Below, in pieces: positions 63,301 through 64,000 of a stretch of 64,000 nucleotides of DNA. Within the stretch, counting starts at the first letter, position 1. The number at the start of each line of letters is the position of its first letter. The notes under the pieces were generated by a model. It was not told where the DNA came from, did not search any database, and worked only from the letters and a program-made list of their open reading frames with translations. The translations under genes were made by a program, and so were the position numbers. Origin of the DNA: Candidatus Aenigmatarchaeota archaeon (lineage in GTDB: Archaea; Aenigmatarchaeota; Aenigmatarchaeia; QMZP01; QMZT01); contig JAFGCI010000004.1 in assembly GCA_016932735.1 (NCBI GenBank), positions 124,711 through 188,710 on the forward strand, given 5' to 3'.

Positions 63301-64000
63301 GAACGAGGTCTCAATAACCAACGGAAGCGTGAGCCAGGTTCCGTCACCTTCAGATGTATGGTATTCGAACATAACATCAACTTATGTGGGCGGCAATTTT
63401 ACATCAGGCATTGTCAGCTGGAACACAAGTCTGGGAGGGACTGTCGGAATAGGAGGGCAATCTAAATTCTATTACATACTGAACATAACAAATAACACGC
63501 AGGGCGTATATCCGGTGACTCTTCTGGTTGATGACAGTAATTTCATAAAGAACGATTATTCCACATTCAATATTATATTCTCCGAGACAAATCCACCGGT
63601 GTTGTATAATAATATCTATGGAAGGACTTTGTCCAAGATAAACAGAGGCCAGTCAACCACATTTTATGCAAGGTGGAACGAGACAATAAAATCAGCATTC
63701 ATTGAATACAACTCCACCACACCTGCCCTCAATAATTATTCCATAACATTGCCAAGCCCGAATTTGCAGAATTGGACAAACTATACGATATCGACGACAA
63801 ATATATGGATTCTTGGACAGCATTCAGGGAAGATATATGCGACAGACCTCAACGATAACCAGAACAATACACTGAGTTACCTTACGTTTGAAGTGTGGGG
63901 AGTCGCAAAACTGTCTTCGTCGGCACTTTCACCCTCTGCCATAAACGTTACAGAGAATTCGACAATGAGCTGCAGGGTAATAGATACAACAGACAATAAT
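48392..64000 (+). CDS. Second giant surface protein (more than 5200 aa, 3' end beyond the window); paralog of the first giant with DUF2341-like, LamG-like, CARDB-like and Ig-like modules
   Basis: A continuous open frame from the ATG at 48392 to the window end by manual translation. The ORF track lists no long plus-strand ORF here because no stop lies inside the window. N-terminus MKKSQVKFGSGQLSILFVFIAVLIFTVSF, then a domain about 50% identical to the first giant's N-terminal domain (FPLGDPVWTLNSYGMHNFYLEGFGENGLY vs FPIGDPLWKLNSHGMHNFYLEGFSESGMY). At least 7 WWNxSWxYR (DUF2341-like) modules, one LamG-like domain (about 50230-50650), three CARDB-like domains. Sequon-dense throughout. Confidence 0.75.
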   Translation, partial: MKKSQVKFGSGQLSILFVFIAVLIFTVSFTGIGQSASPIVVTCNKDNYDTNEVMAFQVQGDAGKEFGFYIYGPDGEKVFPLGDPVWTLNSYGMHNFYLEGFGENGLYKAVAVFGEESFEKVFTVVSAAESESNIEDKQELLPVEKNVEEETMNGEKTETEIQASKRPPGKYMHYKKILSYQPDAIKEIPEGAINVNVYTVGKPGKGTLADKTGPSETVIEYYAPSGPVRGSDSFGNPIQESAENERYKLASYGTVINLVEAKETPGKVRLTYEIMNEGGKDFSYIALTSSQKPIVNAFRFAERSRTVYHSNETIYEGDVRESHPYATRKDYIPYDENLQESNYTVICYAYEDSVPYTEREYIEIKSIAILTDFINEWNAESNIIFDPIKEELEAAGANYDINMLEPDILPTFDETVYIYRLEHNPSESTYIEYETPNEKTKFLLLDPAGGSWWNSSWLYTMNLTVDSSLVDAELTDFPVMVNLTSGRFNFSRAQSNGEDIRFVDNYYNDLPHEIEYWNATSQQAIIWTRLSNVSNTTDTTFWMYYGNDAVSDGQNMTGVWDSEFLLVQHLDETSGTYHYDSSQYGNDGTVSSVTMDSAGKIDGGDQILGGSGRYVRHDFNTSNVVTVSAWAQLPDNTDDDMIWVIDRVGVNDLDLWFTDGYTSPRLFLNTWDSDGNPICSQPSGVGNWHLYTMVIDNGNTNLYIDGQLAGSPGYRDPTGVGFYISWTTTYGWNGYVDEVRVSNTSRSLAWINASFYAQNDSLIIYGKEEASSDVWWNISWDFRILVIVNSTNFTRDDDPIEKFINFTQELESLGAAGKTFDNNSIRVFEYDTATNRYLHEVPSQFDNSSSYNATTNAYGEVIWIMNGTTQNNTIRKYYIYFDTTDSPKSEPSYYTDLSYTFNSGNAVIQNEHFEATLDDSGVISDIENYNGSGTDVIENDWYWNAFRTVDDWAIQSFTADWVRRYCGPVRCTISSENITVTDTSYANTTYYVYSKVPEIRSLKSWTMSANEGMQIVDDLNVGGGNTFNCTAGANPSVTGTTMMDSSGDNERTGIDRSAAGLYTSGWWSYRVIGASIDAFAVVRKYAHNSTGGDFQMHTNWYDGGEHSAGWESGYNGGADFQNGQTYTIANCYYLANSTDSDYQYAFGYYNKTMSPVNINLNKTEGLANPMISSSNIQANDTNPQAGDAVLINATIINDGYNNASNIKVRFFDGDENGIQIGSDNLIEFLGPGENGTVEVVWDTTLKGGSHTITVVIDPEDFILSNPSDNIANITINVESSLDLTVLNSEIFFDNDVPSAGEAVNITATIRNTGTSTTASPDVRVKFFDGDPGDNPSSPLSNQIGTDKLISSLPPGNSSNVSVLWDTTGEDGYYDIYVWIDPFDVFLEDNETNNKAYREIAVNPPELYLSSNDIIFNVTSPIEGEDLLINATIHNSGGNPVYNVLVSFYQAADGQNYTLIDTTTLSEIGNASSENASVYWDTTGNSGSYTILVSADSNDNIPEQNEDNNNATKPLFITPNVWVWWNSSWHYRIPVTINTGSYSRTDEPIEKFINFTYELYSLNVTDALDNNSIRVIEYNTTTGKAIHEMPSQFDNVSSYNSSINAYGEVIWILNGTTPSNTDRYFFIYFDIINNSKTAPSYITDLSGSFNAGNTLIHSDHLNVTIDNSGVIDDIRSLDGNSSDVVENWYWNYFRVENPWTNQDYATGNWAYRYCGPVRCKVIVDGITLNADFSNLNTAYHVYSQSREVRSFKNWTMVNSQGLQIGDDLNVGGLTNFTCTGSNPSWIETDYMDTVSDGERTDRSGSYAYESGWWAYTITSSSYWDAYAVVRKYVRDDLGNNITMHTNWWDDGEHAAGWEQGAEYGGTDFTAGRSYSAANWYYVTTNTNTTSYQYAVDYYDRTLNLSQINVSGAEEVPEFNATITSSVGDQIRGTLINLEASATNEGTVDALDVWLNWTLPSGWSVDTGTAEKPLGKLSAGDTEWNNISANNYGAALGEQILYFNASSADGIAGGDYITFNLSANTYLFDFQSDKEEPKVGETIVFQVKLAYDNGTQIPGQNVTFYDKTDGVLMGSNITGSPAYLEYLIPLSASVGTHEINASFTGNDSVFIESSYIIYEIDVKDAPHINSVSASPQTIGYGYTVTITANVTDQTGVDTVRINITYPAGSYYEYDMINTSQDIYEYNFTDSYTWGSFSYTIWSNNTDGENITSSVNYFYVKPNQTMSIQTDKTGYGPNEMVDLKPAGDWWRASWTYRIPINITENSGSSLTDYQIYYTFDSSALIESGKMNSSCKDIRFADTSGTELPYYLEESNCNTNETNVWIKVPQITASGNTTIYLYFNNMEAESESNVTAVFTYDELQELYYEINSRPSNDNLNISAYVNGTNVTISTQSALIDIQEVVTFSSISQGAIINSTGPISGKILDDQTDTFAPMAFAGSKFGFPRTRNGTAYLDVWFIRTPFGDANITIYNYSETGILQNSDSFFVAEGLTTTLTFNIDDEGTGLLESNVSILAGYRQGGNDAVILYPATTELYGVSAPGYVTVLEDDTDLYIYRSGSSTSVSTNLQRGQQYSLGSSGTQGTGNAFHLLSDKPIVAASFGDGDGGEAIVFWHPKELNTEYIIPTDTQYISISCPRTTEISLYYPNGTLNSTEICTSTDSGPEYPRKAYFGCGTTSCGAVYPAGMRALSNDTFYVFYEYTDQDETNVLGHIQARKTSYPEPNLSSGNEELIGSIFDNFGSVNSTGYFLMKVQKYSGGSWATASSGIILEDRNPPPTQRNFTAFTSLDLSTLWGGWNTSICDPGTYRAYVEVVDSANNILKDAWGNDLVSTYNFTLLSPNPEITNLTHENGYEYGIDEYEVGDTIEWINITITNYNATALKANMTLNVIDSSDEQASWGPSSSQYCGDILPENSCMKRWDNSSNGYQIPLDATPGTYTFTWNVSLEWENGDGFVSLNSYTFKVHNLSNYLESELSPSRINLGENSTYNLTIFNPWSKNATDINITINCPENINLTCRCDMSGQSGENCTISNIERTLLDTWLETSWPYRRPINITENTGEELSDYQIYYVFDTTPYIASGVMNSSCKDIMFSDYTGANLPYFLEPGTCNTTNTSIWIKVSNIAASENTTIYLYYGNMNTESASNEISTFSYDTLQALYYELSDEASGSNVYISAYQDGTSVSVEGTTETVDRQESVLFGSVSQGTSISSTGPVSGKMAITETGTIAPIAFAGKQFAFPYVRTGNNNDVWQVRTLFGDANITLYNYTAAGAFVNSTSFIIPDSTTTTITFNINDTGMGILESNVSIIVEYRAGGGSDSEVLYPATTELYGVSSSGYVGALEDGTTVYAYSSTGNSPATINLDRGESSALGSTGGQGAGSSFHLVSNKPIVGISQADGDGNEATVFWHPREFNSEYIIPSPSEYIAVACPRTTNITLYYSNGTYYSSQLCQSTNSSSEYARKALFTCSGSACYTAGMMVSSNDTFFAYHEYTDQDETNMLSFKQARKSVSSEPTLSTLGNEETNMYNESVSFLLITNSSTEFGDYDVNVTVTYKNLGNETKTYEYRNNQILEIRVEGVQLTDFNYPVNVTRNNTINLTTYVNNTRDSGDATNVWVNYTTLPANWSITAGYQNLMVGDLSPGEINWSNITVDININATQGPQQLAIESSSDEGYFDRIRPEITVFAGTDVNLYSNVTDIVIGNQVKLLAHLTLDTGADSVSKNISFYDNSTYLGSAITNSTGWSQLIYTIPVGSEVRNHTFNATYSINSTSYTWQSYDEKNISVHDKPLITNISALPNVQGFGQNVTITANVTDEETVDFVRSYITYPNTSSLLLTLSNATMDIYNNTFSNTWQAGIHSYYIWANDSLGYYNTSDTFNFRVSSNGSLIIRGDKSSYGPNENIAVNGTPLDWWNDSWIYRKAVIIQETGGSNLYEYQIKLNLTSGNFNFSKTNQTGDDIRFIWYNSTSSQYELVPYWIEKWNYSMPSALIWIQVPKITASQNTTIYMYTTPSLEVSAASNKTSVFSFDAGRGIYYIVNYRDSGVQVNLTAYENSTNITIGAYTTLINEYDTETINPSYVSQGAEINVTGPLSGRALGTSNDAIHPISWAGKNFTMACTRSTDEWSFYSPFGNANVKIYEGVSGTAKTSFTVTKGTAYTSSTDISDGNGVVIESDYPILVTHGSSQAQDVAPLYPASNDLWGVSSGNSYFSVLEDGTSVTVYFSDGTYDSYSNLMRGTYSTIGNGGGDGTGDGVHIVSSKRISAISQGDGDGGEITSFLPEDELDTEYVLPTGAEYVAVVCVRDNTNVTVYNSDGSFNSSMMCNTTSYPYPNKLVFGNISGDTPAPVCYSQGVRFVANDSIYIYYEFADGTNDGEETNILNEKQGRQYFYPEPVQRISYEEENMDYAHLQDVGSTNMSGYLLVKIQQNSGGGWVDFATIINDISDSTTRTINTSIPLNITKLWNDIGGWNTDRYQNGSYRIYASFLDPSGNVLYSDDRGYMTYIHNFTITPPPAIIYITNITVYDVTDKENPQTNTSELTGYGTNTTFNMYTGSQYRVEFLLESSASSTGSWNIAGSNATHSGLHSNWTVNASKGYGNWWNSSWTYRFPVTINATSQNRTDLPIEYVVNFTQKLADFGITEKTFDNNSIRVIEYNTTTDAVLHEIHSQFDNSSTYNATINAIGELIWIMNGTTLSGDARKYYIYFDTTDNPKSEPSYTTELSYTFNAGNTLIHSDHLNVTIDNSGVIDDIRSLDGNSSDVVEDWYWNYFRVENPWTLQSNVNGNWAYRYCGPVRCKIVVDGITLTGDFSDLNTTYHVYSQSREVRSFKNWTMVNSQGLQIGDDLNVGTLSNFTCTGSNPSWIEVDYMDASGSSERTDRNGAYAYDSGWWAYTITSSSYWDAYAVVRKYVTDDLGNNFTMHTNWYDSSEHSAGWEQGTSNGGTDFTAGRSYSAANWYHVTTNTNKTSYQYAVDYYNNVLNEVSITNGSVSQVPSPSDVWYSNITSTYVGGNFTSGIVSWNTSLGGTVGIGGQSKFYYILNITNNTQGVYPVTLLVDDSNFIKNDYSTFNIIFSETNPPVLYNNIYGRTLSKINRGQSTTFYARWNETIKSAFIEYNSTTPALNNYSITLPSPNLQNWTNYTISTTNIWILGQHSGKIYATDLNDNQNNTLSYLTFEVWGVAKLSSSALSPSAINVTENSTMSCRVIDTTDNN
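51890..52930 (+). other. Three tandem CARDB-like (cell-adhesion-related, bacterial) domains inside the second giant protein
   Basis: Each unit ends with the CARDB-type E-x-N-E-x-N-N / D-N-I-x-N signature: DPEDFILSNPSDNIANITINV, DPFDVFLEDNETNNKAYREIAV, and SNDNIPEQNEDNNNATKPLFI. Confidence 0.55.
52957..54110 (+). repeat. About 1.15-kb intragenic repeat unit, copy B (DUF2341-like module plus a ~270-aa W/Y-rich domain)
   Basis: Long runs are nearly nucleotide-identical to 62160-63320, e.g. ccggaaatacccttatacatagcgaccatctcaatgtgaccatagacaactc... at 53340 and again at 62547. The minus-strand shadow ORFs 53330-53608 and 62597-62815 encode near-identical peptides. Confidence 0.75.
62160..63320 (+). 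repeat. About 1.15-kb intragenic repeat unit, copy C
   Basis: See copy B. A more diverged copy A lies at about 50711-51870. Confidence 0.75.

Noticed and set aside
38712-63320. Possibility that the regularly spaced direct repeats are a CRISPR array
   Set aside because: The repeats are 140 nt to 1.1 kb long, lie in-frame within a coding sequence, and are separated by kilobases of unique coding DNA. There are no short 25-40-nt repeat/spacer units and no cas genes.
36694-64000. Dozens of 60-170-aa minus-strand (and a few plus-strand off-frame) ORFs inside the giant genes
   Set aside because: All lie inside one continuous sense reading frame with clear modular protein repeats. Several are exact antisense images of the DNA repeats (e.g. 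53330-53608 vs 62597-62815). They are artefacts of low stop-codon density in the antisense frames.

Overview
This window looks like an archaeal chromosomal segment. It is AT-rich and carries archaea-specific genes: RtcB with archease, a FlaI-type secretion ATPase, ribosomal protein S26e, archaeal-type PheS/PheT, a CTP-dependent riboflavin kinase with an HTH, an XPF/ERCC4 nuclease, pilins with class III signal peptides, and a tRNA that appears to carry two non-canonical introns. The first ~36 kb are mostly housekeeping genes (RNA repair, Fe-S assembly, pyruvate phosphate dikinase, pyrG, pheST, tRNA modification). Several cell-surface loci are scattered among them: a lone type IV pilin, an orphan FlaI-like ATPase, a 902-aa secreted protein that abuts the tRNA, and a five-gene operon of pilin-like proteins. 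The last ~28 kb are the striking part. A UDP-GlcNAc biosynthesis cluster (GlmS, GNAT, an HAD-YvcK/CofD fusion, a sugar nucleotidyltransferase, a phosphohexomutase) and an HTH regulator sit directly upstream of two giant paralogous surface-protein genes. The first giant is 3643 aa (36694-47625). The second starts at 48392, is longer than 5200 aa, and runs off the window end, which is why the ORF track does not list it. Both giants are built from repeated DUF2341-like, LamG-like, FN3-like, Ig-like and CARDB-like modules, are extremely rich in N-x-S/T sequons, and contain near-identical intragenic DNA repeats. No CRISPR array, rRNA, integrase or transposase was seen. All functional calls come from motif recognition by eye, not database searches.
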